A stretch of 64,000 nt of DNA from Hyphochytrium catenoides (Eukaryota; Protista; Hyphochytriomycota): NCBI GenBank assembly GCA_900088475.1, contig FLMG01000355.1:310001-374000 (forward strand), in the 5' to 3' direction. The notes under the pieces were generated by a model. It made no database searches. It saw nothing but the letters and a program-made list of their open reading frames with translations, and was not told the DNA's origin. Positions 50,800 through 61,850 of this stretch are shown here, piece after piece. Position 1 is the first letter of the stretch. The number at the start of each line of letters is the position of its first letter. Position numbers and translations under genes: made by a program.

Positions 50800-52300
50800 A
50801 TGAGAAGCAATATTCCTCGACATGGCCAAGGCAGACAAGCGTAGTAAGAAGAAGAACCACCACCAGTGGCGGAAAGAGGAAGAAGAACGAACGAAGAAGG
50901 TGATGATGGTGATGATTCTGATTTTGCCACCGAGAGAACATTGCCTTCGCTAGGCATGATGGCACCTTGCTCTCCTACTTTCAGATGATGATTCATCAAG
51001 CCACTTTCAGATGATTCAAGCCACTTTCATGATCACTTCTTATCTTACTGGGTATCTTTCCTATTTATTATATATTATCGTTCAAAGAAGAAGCGGCGGC
51101 GGAGTCATCATCCATTGATGACCTCTTCTCCTGCTCCTTATCATCAACGACGGGCCAGGAAGTTAAATTGTTCTTCTTCATAACTTCTTGTCTTCTTATC
51201 GACCGCTGCTGCCGTCCAATCTGTAGTTGATGACCGACCCTGAAAGAAAGAAGATCCTCCCTACTTCTTCTTCCTACTGTTTCTTTTTTTTCAAAAAATA
51301 AGTCAAGATAATAAACATCACTACTCATCCACAACTCAAGAAGCGTGTCCATACCTCTCCTCCTCCTTAGGCTATCTGGTTCATCAATCACACAGAAGGA
51401 AGCCAGCAAGGGATCATCAACTACTACGGAGTTCCATGAGGATTGCGACCTCAGCCACAGCTTTCTCTTTGTATCAAGTGTCTTCGTTGTATCTAAACTT
51501 CGTTACGTACTTCATCAAGATTGTTATTTTTATTAACAACCGACGACACAAACACCACATCATCATCATCTTTCCCGCGCACCTCACCGCAACAACCCGC
51601 AGGAGAGTCAGCTAGACTAGCAGCAATCAGTTTACTAGATCCTCGTGAAATGTATGGAAAGAAGATGAAGAAGGAGGGACAAATAAAGAAGTAACCAAGC
51701 CCGGCAGCTCCTGCTGCTTCTGGTGGACATTCCGTCGATTCATATTATGTTGACTGCATGATAGGCATATCACCTATCGGAAGATCGTCGCGGAGGAGGA
51801 GGATAATAATAACGCCAAATTTGAATGACTATTTATAACTAATCCCCAACGACGACACGCACGGCAGCATCACATGAGTACAGCTGTAGTACCACCCCTC
51901 ATATCCACCAATTTTCTGGTATTACTCCGTACCACTATCGACAGCGACCCATCAACAGCAGCAAGTAAGTGCCGTGATGAATATAGTGCTGCGATGATAC
52001 TGTGGTGAGAGCGCTAGCGCAGTTATTATCTTCCTTACTCTTCATCAACAATCAGTCATCACCACTATTATACTTAAGACATTCTACAGGACGACGTAGT
52101 AGAATAGCGACCGACCAACAACGACACTGTAAGCAAGCAGAAGAGGACATGGCGAGTGTCTGAGCCAGGAGGGAGAACGCTACGTGCGTCGCCCCTACAT
52201 CCATCATCATTCATCACCAGGAGGAGTTACCGATCGATGAGGATGATGACTTAGTTAGCGGTGACAGATCCTCTTCCTACCTCAAGGACGACGTGCAGGG
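50800..52300 (+). mobile_element. Decayed Ty3/Gypsy pol relic (RT to RNase H)
   Basis: Motif fragments in the correct order: IAF..HDG (~50940), SYFQMM (50973), IDDL (51114, YxDD position), LKK, LGYLV (51367), FVTYFIK (51499), IATDQ (52104, TDH position). Spacing is inflated by micro-duplications. Confidence 0.55.
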
Positions 52301-52992
52301 GCCACCCACTGACAAAGTTATTTTAGGCATGTCCCAAACTATTATTCAGACACGAAGGTAAGAAGTTGACCCCCTTTACTCTCAACCCTCCTGGTCCCCC
52401 CAGAGGCCATAGATAGTACCAGGTGGTCCCAACCGACAGATGTCCACAAACTTCGTGGCTACGAATTTCAAAAAAGCCGTTACTCTGTTTAACTTTGTTG
52501 GGGTTGTTTGATGACTTGTGTTGGACGCTCCTCCGGCTCTGCTGCTGCATCAGTCTGAGCAGAGGACAGACAGCCCATAGAGGGCCAGGCAACCTGAAGC
52601 CAACAAGGCTTCGAACAGAGAAGCTTAGCGCAAGACAGAGATGATGTCACGCAGCACGACTCCGCTCCTCCGTTGTTGGTGGTGGTGTCCTGGTGCTGGG
52701 CCGCAGAGGTGAAGAGGAGATGGAGGGTAGGATAACGTAGGTGAGTTCCTCCACTCGGTCGTCAGAAGTGGGCTGACCGACGTTAGGTTATTGCTCGCTC
52801 AAGCCTCCTCAGACAGGTGCAGTGAGTGAGCCTAGAATGGCTCTACTACATGTTTGGAAACCCAAAGGTGCTTTTTGGCGTTTGACCTCGTTAATGACGA
52901 CCGATTAGACAGTGAGTCCCACCTTGTAGTGAAGTGCCTAAAGAAACGACCAAGACCCATAACTTTACTGATCGGCCACATCAGTCCTATGA

Positions 52993-55029
52993 ATGTTAAA
53001 AGTAGAGACAATATCTGCCTCTTTCTACACAGAAAAGCCAGGATTCAAGAGCCTTTTTGCGTCGTCATCAAAGGAACGGCAGGACGGACTGCATCCTCCA
53101 GTCCAGACTATCGTCTCAGATCTTTGGCGTGAGGCCATGATGAATAGCAGGGCTGTCTACCCTCTTGCTTCTTCTTACAATGGAGGACGAGAAGAACGAC
53201 ACATTACCCCCAAAGATCAGCTGCGCCAACAGCAGGAAGTGTTATCGAGACGAGAAAGGACCCAGCTCGGCCTAAGGATGTTGCTTGACTTCATGTTTCT
53301 CCTCTTCGCCAGCATCCTCCTGGCCTCGCTCTACTTGGGCATCTACACAGCCCTAGTCATTCACTTCCCCCAACCCGTGACAGTGAGCTACTGCACCGAT
53401 ATATGTCCACCTTCGGACTGCGTGGGCGTCTTTCCTTACCCGACACCATGTGCCCTGTCGTACAGCTTCGGTGGGTACCTGTATGGAACTATCTTCAATG
53501 TCCCAGGCTGCTCCTGCGGAGTTTTGTTTGTCTATGCGGAGACCTTTGGTGTCAAGAGGTGGAGATCAAAGAACCGGGATCATAGGACCATGATGAGAAG
53601 AAAAGTAGCGGGAGTCTTGACTCTTACAGGACTCTCTCTTTCTCTCTACACGGTCCAAGTCTTTCTTCTTTCCAACTTCCACTTTTCTACCCAGCAGACT
53701 TTCTACTTTCTGGTGATGCTCTGGGTCTTCTTTGACCGTAGACTCAAAGACTTCATCCTTCCTTTCATAGCTAAGCTTCTTCCTAACTTGACGGCCGTTG
53801 CCTGTTTAGAGTTCGTCTTTCCAACCACTCTGTTTACCGAACTCTCCATTTCTCAGCGGAAAAATGTCTTTGTGAGCTTTCTTCTGCCTTCTATCTTCTT
53901 CCTTCTTTCCTTTATAACAAAGCAGTGTCTGAAGCAGCTGTTGGCAGTCCATGGGGAGGAGCTCTCCTCTGACTCTATTCTCTTCTCCATGTACGTGGTG
54001 TACCAGATGTTGCAGCTCACTGCCAGCATCAGTCGGGGGACCGACACGTTAGCAGTGATCATTGCCTCCACTGTCTCCTCCTGCGCGGGCTATATTCTCA
54101 CCGTGGTATGGAACCTGTGGAGATTGGCCAAGGTCACTAGCGAGGAGCAGAGCAAGATCAGTGGGCGTCACCAATCTCTCAACTTCTGGACCTTCTTCTG
54201 GTCTGGCCTAAACGGAAGGCCAACAGGGACGGCAGAAAGAGTCAGAGCGAGAAGAATTAGCACCCATACAAGCGATCAACTAGCAGTTATTCAAGGGACA
54301 TCGCATGAAGCACCACTGGCGGTGAGCGCGCCAGCGTCAGATACACGACATGACTTTGAGAAAGCTCAGCAAGAGCAGCCAAAACTACTGGGAGAGAATG
54401 GGGGAAGTGGCAAGAGAGATCCTTGTGCAGCTTCAGAAAGGTCTGCACATGCTGGCAAGGGCCGAGAGGTGCCAGGAACAGAAAGAGGGAAGGGTCGTCC
54501 GCAGGCATTTTCGCCTGTACGCCCCTTAGCTCTGCTAACACAGGGGGAGAAGAGCTTAACGAGGCCATCGCTTGACCCTTCCGGACATAGTGAACAGAGA
54601 AAAGATGAGATAGAGCCAACCGCCATGGAAATATCGGTGTTCAACTCCACCATATTATGGAAACGTATGGCAATCAGTATGACTGTGGCGATGGTCTCTG
54701 GGGTTGGGGCCCTAACTTCTGTCATACTCTATAGCAACTTCTTCCACTCTACAATCATCACCTCTTCCCCTTGCTTTGAACCCAAGGCGTCATTCTACAC
54801 AGCGCTCCGAGTTCGGAGTCAGCATTTCTTTGTGGTGCTGATAGTTGTGGCACTGATGATGGTCTTCATCTCTATTCTAGAGATGATGCAGCTCGGCATC
54901 CTGAAGAGTTGGCAGCGTGATCGATTGAATATCATACGCACAGCGCTCATTCTACTACTCTGTTATGGACCCTACTTCTTGTCCTGGGTTCTCTATAGCA
55001 TGATAGTCAATAAGGTGAGCGGATGCTAA
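52993..55029 (+). CDS. Orphan multi-pass membrane protein (~10-11 TM), intronless; alternative start at 53137
   Basis: 678-codon ORF. About eight hydrophobic segments, a ~170-aa hydrophilic loop, then three more TM segments. Cys-rich loop after TM1. Confidence 0.75.
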   Translation: MLKVETISASFYTEKPGFKSLFASSSKERQDGLHPPVQTIVSDLWREAMMNSRAVYPLASSYNGGREERHITPKDQLRQQQEVLSRRERTQLGLRMLLDFMFLLFASILLASLYLGIYTALVIHFPQPVTVSYCTDICPPSDCVGVFPYPTPCALSYSFGGYLYGTIFNVPGCSCGVLFVYAETFGVKRWRSKNRDHRTMMRRKVAGVLTLTGLSLSLYTVQVFLLSNFHFSTQQTFYFLVMLWVFFDRRLKDFILPFIAKLLPNLTAVACLEFVFPTTLFTELSISQRKNVFVSFLLPSIFFLLSFITKQCLKQLLAVHGEELSSDSILFSMYVVYQMLQLTASISRGTDTLAVIIASTVSSCAGYILTVVWNLWRLAKVTSEEQSKISGRHQSLNFWTFFWSGLNGRPTGTAERVRARRISTHTSDQLAVIQGTSHEAPLAVSAPASDTRHDFEKAQQEQPKLLGENGGSGKRDPCAASERSAHAGKGREVPGTERGKGRPQAFSPVRPLALLTQGEKSLTRPSLDPSGHSEQRKDEIEPTAMEISVFNSTILWKRMAISMTVAMVSGVGALTSVILYSNFFHSTIITSSPCFEPKASFYTALRVRSQHFFVVLIVVALMMVFISILEMMQLGILKSWQRDRLNIIRTALILLLCYGPYFLSWVLYSMIVNKVSGC

Positions 55030-56140
55030 TCGCTTTGAATGAAGACGGGCATAGCGTGAGCGTGAGGTTCACAGCTTCAGAAGCAATGCATCTTCTTCCG
55101 GAAGTCCAAAAGGCAAGATGAACGGTGAGGTAGGAAGGAGCACACAGCAGATAGAGACGGATGAATGCACAAGTTTTAAAACCTCCCATATTCACTAATT
55201 TGACATATGACTTTCAACGTTGGCCATAGCGTTTCACCTTACTAGCTACGTAGCTCTCTCAGCAAGCGGAACACGCTAGGTAATGAAACTATGCTGACAG
55301 CCTCTATGAAGAAGGTGGTGGGCTCGGTGCACACCCTGACATTGTTGTCAGAGCACTCCGCAGAAGGGGATACGTGGGGATTGATGTGCGCAACATCAAG
55401 AACTACTAGCATCAGCCGCAGGAGGATATATAGCGTCAAGAAGCGCCAGTGGCATAGTCGCTGTTCGAACTCTGGACTCAAGAGACACTGTCCAGATCCT
55501 GGTAGCCAGCTTCCATTAGCAGCCAAGAACGAAAGGACTGCAGTAAGCTAGACTTCCGGAAGACGTCTCCTGTTGCGTCGAAAACTCCGACAAATGTAGC
55601 GTCTTATTAGGTCTGTCCCCAGCTCAAAAGTGAATGATGGTCTTATTTATTAGATGGAAAGGCTTACCAGCGGCCAAGGTGTACGGGTGGAGATGGATGC
55701 GGACAAAAGCGCGTTCTCTTCTTCCCATCATTTGGCCCTTCTCATTGCTACATCTATATTATGCAGCTTCGTTCTAGGGTCTGTTGACACTCCATCACGC
55801 TCAAATCTAGTTCGCTCTGGATAGGTGCATCATGGATGGCAGAATGGAATCACTGATGGTGATTTTTCGTTAAATAGCGTTAGTGAATGTATAGAAAGAT
55901 CAACAAAAAGCAGAGGAGAACGGGAACAGAAGACGACACGCTTCAGAGAACAGTGGTCCACTCTCCTACTTTCACCATGAGAGGGAGGTCACAGGATTGT
56001 CTCTGCAGCTAAATCGGAAGGAGAGGACGATGAAGTTGCTTCTTTCGAGTTCGGGTTTGCCTCTGTTCTGCTCAATCCTGCCACCTCCAGAACTGAAGAA
56101 GGATTCTGTAAAGGTCCACGGCTTCTGTGGCTCTTAGAGC

Positions 56141-59100
56141 TCAAAGGCTCTCGCGGACTGTCTCGCGACCCTCTTTTTCTAGACGTAGATGAGGCCGAAG
56201 GCTTGAGAGCTCTTCTAAGAAGCTCCATATCTTCACTGCTCTCGCGCCTTCCACGGGTTTGCCTTTCNNNNNNNNNNNNNNNNNNNNNCCTCCTTGTTCT
56301 TGAGGTTCTATGGGATCATCTGAAGGAGCGGATTGCCTCTTCTGTTCTGGCAGCTCTACCTGCTCACTCCTCGACAAATGAACTGCATCCCTTCTTATCT
56401 GCGACTCGATAGCTCCTTTGTATATGTCGGGTGGCAGCACCTTGCTTTCCAGGAGCAATCTTTCAAGGTTGTCCAGAGCAACTGCGCTCAACCCGGAAGA
56501 CAGTGAAGAAGTCAAGAAAGAACCAGGTGATGCCCGCGCCATCAATTCTGCCCGAAGCTCTCTCCAGTCCTTCCTGAGAAACTGGACAGTGGCTGGATGC
56601 TGGAAGAGGAGCGTCACCGACTGATGGTGGACTGTGGCCATATAAGCGCTGTTGAGCGCTTGAAAGGAAGAGAGAGCGGAGAAGAGCAGCGCAAGCAAAC
56701 GGTGAAGGGTGACTTCTGCGTCTGGACTCTCCAGAAAGATTAGCACATTCCGCAGCATGGATAACCCTTGATTTCCTACCAGACGCTTACGGCCGTCGTC
56801 CTCACTTCGCTCTGGTCTTGATCTTAGAGCCCCATCAACGTAGGAAAGAGCTTCCCAGATGACGTCTCTAGGGGTTGCGACAAGGATGTTCACAACTCTC
56901 TCCCTTGGCGTAGCCTCATTAGGACGTACCAGGCTGGATAAAACCTTCAGAAACCAGAGGGGATCCTCTCGCAGCGCTTGAAGACAACCAGCACGATAGA
57001 CAGCCACTGTAATTGGAGACAAGGCTGCCTGCCAAGTAGCTTTTTGTATTCCTTGGCTCTCAGAGGTACCAGGATTTCCGCTTGCAATCAACTCGAAGGA
57101 ACCGCCAGCCATCAGTTGAACCCAAGCTGTCATGAGTGCCGCAGGCGAGCCCTGGTACTGCAAATGACAGTACAATCTACAGATGAAGAAGTTCAAATAC
57201 CCATACTGGCTTTCTTCAGGTTCTGACGGAAGGTTCCAGTCCTCGCATTCACTTGCATGCCGCTTCAGCCATGGTTCCAATGACGGAAGCCAGAGCTGAT
57301 TGGGCCTTCGAGAAGAAGGCCAATAACTTAAAAGCGGCTGTATGACTGAGCTCTCGACCAATCGAGATCTTTCTCGTACCTTCCCGCCACTGCATAGTGC
57401 GGCCCACCACTGCTCTTCTCCTGTGTTGGCCTTCGTACGGCTAAGGAGATAAGCCTCCGTCCCTTTTGCTTCATCTTGGTGTTCCTCGTCGCTTCCCAAA
57501 CCTTCCTCAAATCTGTGTGCAATTGCTTCAATCAATGTGTGACTCCTCACTCTAGCCATCAGCACCTCATAAGCATTTTTTGCTTGCTCTCTGCTCCTAG
57601 CTGTAAGAGCCGGAAAAAGTGCTTCCGCGCAGAGCAAGCTCGCTAGACGAGGAATAATTAGCAGGTGATCCAGCTCCACATTCTCCTCATTCAGGAGCAG
57701 GAAGTCCACGTACACGATCAATAGGGACCTTGACTCCGTTTGCGCCGGAATCTTAGACAAAAAGGAGGAAGTAAATATTAGACTCCAGCTGTGACCGCGA
57801 GCTGCCATTCGCAGTAGCTTCAATAAACTCGAAGCTTTCTCTATAAAAGTTGGGTTCAAGGAAGAAGAGAGAGAAGGTGCAAGAACTGTCATCTGTTGCA
57901 GTACTTCTGCTATCATCTCGGCGTCCAAGAGGTCGTTATACTTCTCAAGTAACAATAGAAAGTCCTCTACCACTCCCGAATGAAGAGAGGGGAAGCCTAA
58001 GAGGAGAACCAGGGTCAGGTGACGGAGATCAGGTACTTTTCCTTCATCTGGCTGTAGCAAATAAAGCTTCAAGGCTGTCTCCAGCCTTAGCAAGGAAGGT
58101 CTTTTCTCTCCTACTTGGCCCAGAGAGCCTATGAAAGTAGGGTGATGAGCCAGAGCTGTTCCACTTGAGAACGCAAGTTTATCCTCGGGCAAAGAGGTGT
58201 CTGATCCCAGGCCAAGAAGCTGGAGAAGGGAGTGGGGAGGCGGGTACAGTAACGAGCCCAATGGTTTCCAACTCGATCGTTGTTCGCTGTAAAGTCGGTT
58301 TACGGTCTTTATAACACGCCTCCGGTCTCCAGCGCTGTACATTGTAGGTAAAGAGAAGAAGTATTCTCTCAGCAGTGCTACGACAGCTTCGGCTACTGGC
58401 ATTGTCTTCGGCGAGCGCGTCTGGGAGCTTTCAGTACTTAGATTCCCGTCATGGCTGCACCCATAGAGCTCTTCCAGCTCCTCTCTAGTCATTGAGCATA
58501 TCTTGAGAACCAGCTGCCGCCCATTGCCATCACTCTCTTCAAACTCGGGCTCTTCCACATATAGCTCGTCAGCAGTTCTTCCACCTTGTCCTCTATGGCC
58601 AGCTGCTCGCGTTCCACTGCTGTTTAGTGCCAACCGCGAATCAAATCGTCCGTCCACCTCCAAACCGGCGGCTTCAAACTCTCGGAAAAGTTTCTTCTCA
58701 ACCTCCGGTGGACAGAATGCCGACATCCGTAAAGTCTTTGACAAAAGGAGGAGCAGTGCGGGGACGTCTTGTGGTAGATGTGAGGGGATGAAGGGAGACA
58801 TGGGGCTAGTGCGCAGTGATGAGGGAGAGGATAGAAAAGGCGTTTCCCATTTGGCACTCTTGAGCCATTGCCGGATAACCGCTGGTGCTGTCTGGCTTAG
58901 AACTGGAAAGGTTATAGGTGAGCAGGAACAAAGAACGAGCCAGAGCTTCACGAGATAAGAAACTGAAGGCCCTTGTCTGCTATCCTGATACTTGGTTGTC
59001 ATGGGGGTTTCATTGCCCCTAAAGATAAGAGTGAACAAGAGGCAGAGCTCGTCTGCGAAAGAGACGCTGTGTTCTTCACCGAGAGAGCCCCGCGAGGACC

Positions 59101-60974
59101 TTTGAATCGTAAGGAAAAAAGAGACAAGTTGACAGGTAACGGCAGCGAGGGCAGAAGTACAAGGATATCCAGCCTCTTTCCTGCCTCTCGTACCCATCCT
59201 GCAGAGAAGATGGCAGAGCATACCCTTGCAAAGCTCCCTTCGAGACTGAATAATCGAGGAGTTCGCCACCAGATACGGGGCCATGAGAGCCTTCAGCTGT
59301 TCCAAACAGGTTTCTGCTTTGCTCTGTCGCTCTCCCTGATCATAAAGGCTGACAATTGTTGTCTCTATCTGGATAGAAAGGACAGAGAGAAGAAAGCGAC
59401 AGCAAGGAAGAACCTTTGCCTGGGGTCCAGTGGCGCTCCCTAGCTGAAGAAGAATAGCACCTAACTTAGCTTGCAAGGAAAGTATGTCCTCTCTCTCCTC
59501 ATGCCCACGAGCAGTTGTTAGGAGCCCTAATGTCTCCACAAGAACTTCGGATAGCTCGTCCTCTCCCTCTTCCTTTTCCTGACTGCTATGTTCCGTCCTA
59601 AGCAGCTCGCTCACACGTCGAAGCAATCCCAATACGTAGGCTTCCCTGCCTTCAAGCAATGGAGAGGAAGGAGATCTGGACGAGAGGAGCGTCCGGTTGA
59701 CCACAGAAAGGGCTCGACTTAGAACCTGAACAGCGCTACCGGCAAAAGGCCGTCTTGTGCCTAAATGACAACAGGTGTGCGATTTACCGTTATCTACGAA
59801 GTTTTTTGTCTCATCTGAAGCCAGGATAAGGACAGGACGGAGAAAGGAGAGGATTGGAAAAGGCAGAGGGAAAGAACGAAGAGGGATGCCAACATCTTAT
59901 GTCTATACCTCTGTTAGGACTTGCCGAGGGAGAGGTACTGCGGCTTGTTCTGCCTTCAGTGTTTGCCCCAGTCTTCCTGCCCGAGCAGCTCCGCAGCAGA
60001 TCTCCAAACCTGCGGAGCGGCCCGTCATTTTCCCTTGTCCTCAGCCTGCGGTCCAGCTCTTCATTCCCTCCTAGGAGCACCCAGCCTGCTCCGCTCTCTT
60101 GAATGAGAAGAAGGAGGTTCTGACCGCGTCCTACCTCTGCTTTTCCTCTTTCCTCATCTTTCTTCCGCCTGGAAGGCGCGAGGGTGTTATCGGTCGATGC
60201 GACCCCGCTCTCCAGCGCCCACTGACAGGCACAAGGCACTGACATATCTCTCATCTTTGCTTGGTGGACCTGCCACAGCTCAAGAAGCGTGCTCAAAGTC
60301 GACCGCAAGGCTTGCACCCTTTCTCTATCTTCCAGGCCAACCACTCCGCCTTCTTGAAGCTTGGGAGTCAATCTACAGATGGAGAGAAAGAAGCTCTTTG
60401 TGGCCGCGGAGAAGTAGACGTCCTCTCCTTCTATCCGACGAGAGTCGCCCTTTCCCCCGAGAAGAGCTTGCGATACCAGATCTAATCCAGGGCCAAGCCA
60501 CTTATGTCGCACCAGCAGGCCGAGAGAGAGTTTTTTCTCTCTTTTGTCCCTCTCCAATCGGTCCAATTCTGCCCCCAGCACCACCATCAGACTTTGGCAG
60601 CTCAGTTCGCCAGTCTGAAGGAGTCCGCCCCACTCTTCCTCTTCAACGGAGAGGATCAATCGAAGCAGTAGTTGCTTATCATGACTGGGGTCCAGGGACC
60701 TGAGGATGCTCTCCAATGAGCGGCAGAACACCTCAACAAGGACATCAGGGCTTCTGCCCCTTAGAGGCAAACCTTCCGAGCTTGGCAGTGGCGGAGCAAG
60801 TTCGTTAGCAAGGCGCTGGCGCCGCGTAAGGACCTGACTAACAGCAAATTCTTTGAGAACTGGGAACCGCTTGAGAGCCGCTGTAAGCCCTGTCCCTGCG
60901 TTGTGAGCCTCCTTACCACTGCCATCGAACTGTTGATTGACGGCACGGCGCACCAGTTGGTAGGCCCCTTCCAT
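56141..60974 (-). CDS. Large Leu-rich alpha-helical (solenoid-like) protein, tentatively FANCA-like; 3' end obscured by an N gap
   Basis: The 387- and 1187-codon ORFs can be joined through GT-AG introns around 59730-60140. Leu/Ser-rich helical composition, with weak FANCA-like segments (see findings). Confidence 0.7.
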
Positions 60975-61237
60975 ACTGTGGAGACTTCGTTATGGCATCA
61001 TCTGCTGCTTGTCAGACCCCAGACAAAGCGAGGGAGATGATGGACCAAGCCGCTGGTCTTCTCTACATCTGACCCAGCGGGCAAACAGCGGGCTTGACTT
61101 ACGCTTACGCTGTCCGCTTACCAGGAAACCTCACTGTCTTACTCACTGTCCACCTCGCTGCCATGACAGGAACCTGGTTCGTCCTCCGCTCATCCAGTGA
61201 TGTGTATCTTTCATCGTGGGCTGTCGCTCGCTCTCAG

Positions 61238-61239
<2 letters not shown>

Positions 61240-61275
<36 letters not shown>

Positions 61276-61360
61276 NNNNNNNNNNNNNNNNNNNNNNNNN
61301 NNNNNNNNNNNNNNNNNNNNNNNNNNNNNNNCTCTCTCTCTTTCTCTCTCTCTCTCTCTC
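61240..61360. repeat. (CT)n microsatellite containing an assembly gap
   Basis: CT runs flank the N run at 61276-61331. Other gaps lie at 46805-46813 and 56268-56288. Confidence 0.9.
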
Positions 61361-61850
61361 CGTCTCTTTTTATCTTCACGCTCGCATTTTCTCTTTCTCA
61401 CGGATTTTGAAGAAGTTTGAAGCTTGATGGACCTTTGAGGCTTAGGTTTAGGGAGTCTGACCTCTCTCTATCAATCTACACCTCTGAAAGGCGGCATATT
61501 ATCAGGTAAGACGCCCCCCAGGAGCCTCGTGCAGATGTTTCTGTCTGGCAGGAAGAGCGAGATCAGAAGCACGGAAATGATGAGGAAGCAGGGAGACAGA
61601 GGAGGAAGGAGAGAGAGAGAGAGAGAAGCGCCGCGAGAGGAGAGAAACGATGTCTTCATCGGCTGCGCTGGAGAGCTAAAGCCTCCGAGAGGGCAACAGA
61701 ATGGGATCGAAGTGCCGCTGTCAGGTGCGCGCAACTCTGGGCCAAGGCAAGACACTTGAGAGACAGAAGGACCAGGACTGAGGGGAAGACACAGGATGAG
61801 CTAGAGACAAAGGTAGAGGCACTCAAGAGTGTATCTGTTCATCACTTAGT

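Noticed and set aside
55989-56288. Exact C-terminus of the large helical protein
   Set aside because: The reading frame crosses an N gap of uncertain length, so the stop at 56141 versus 55989 cannot be decided.
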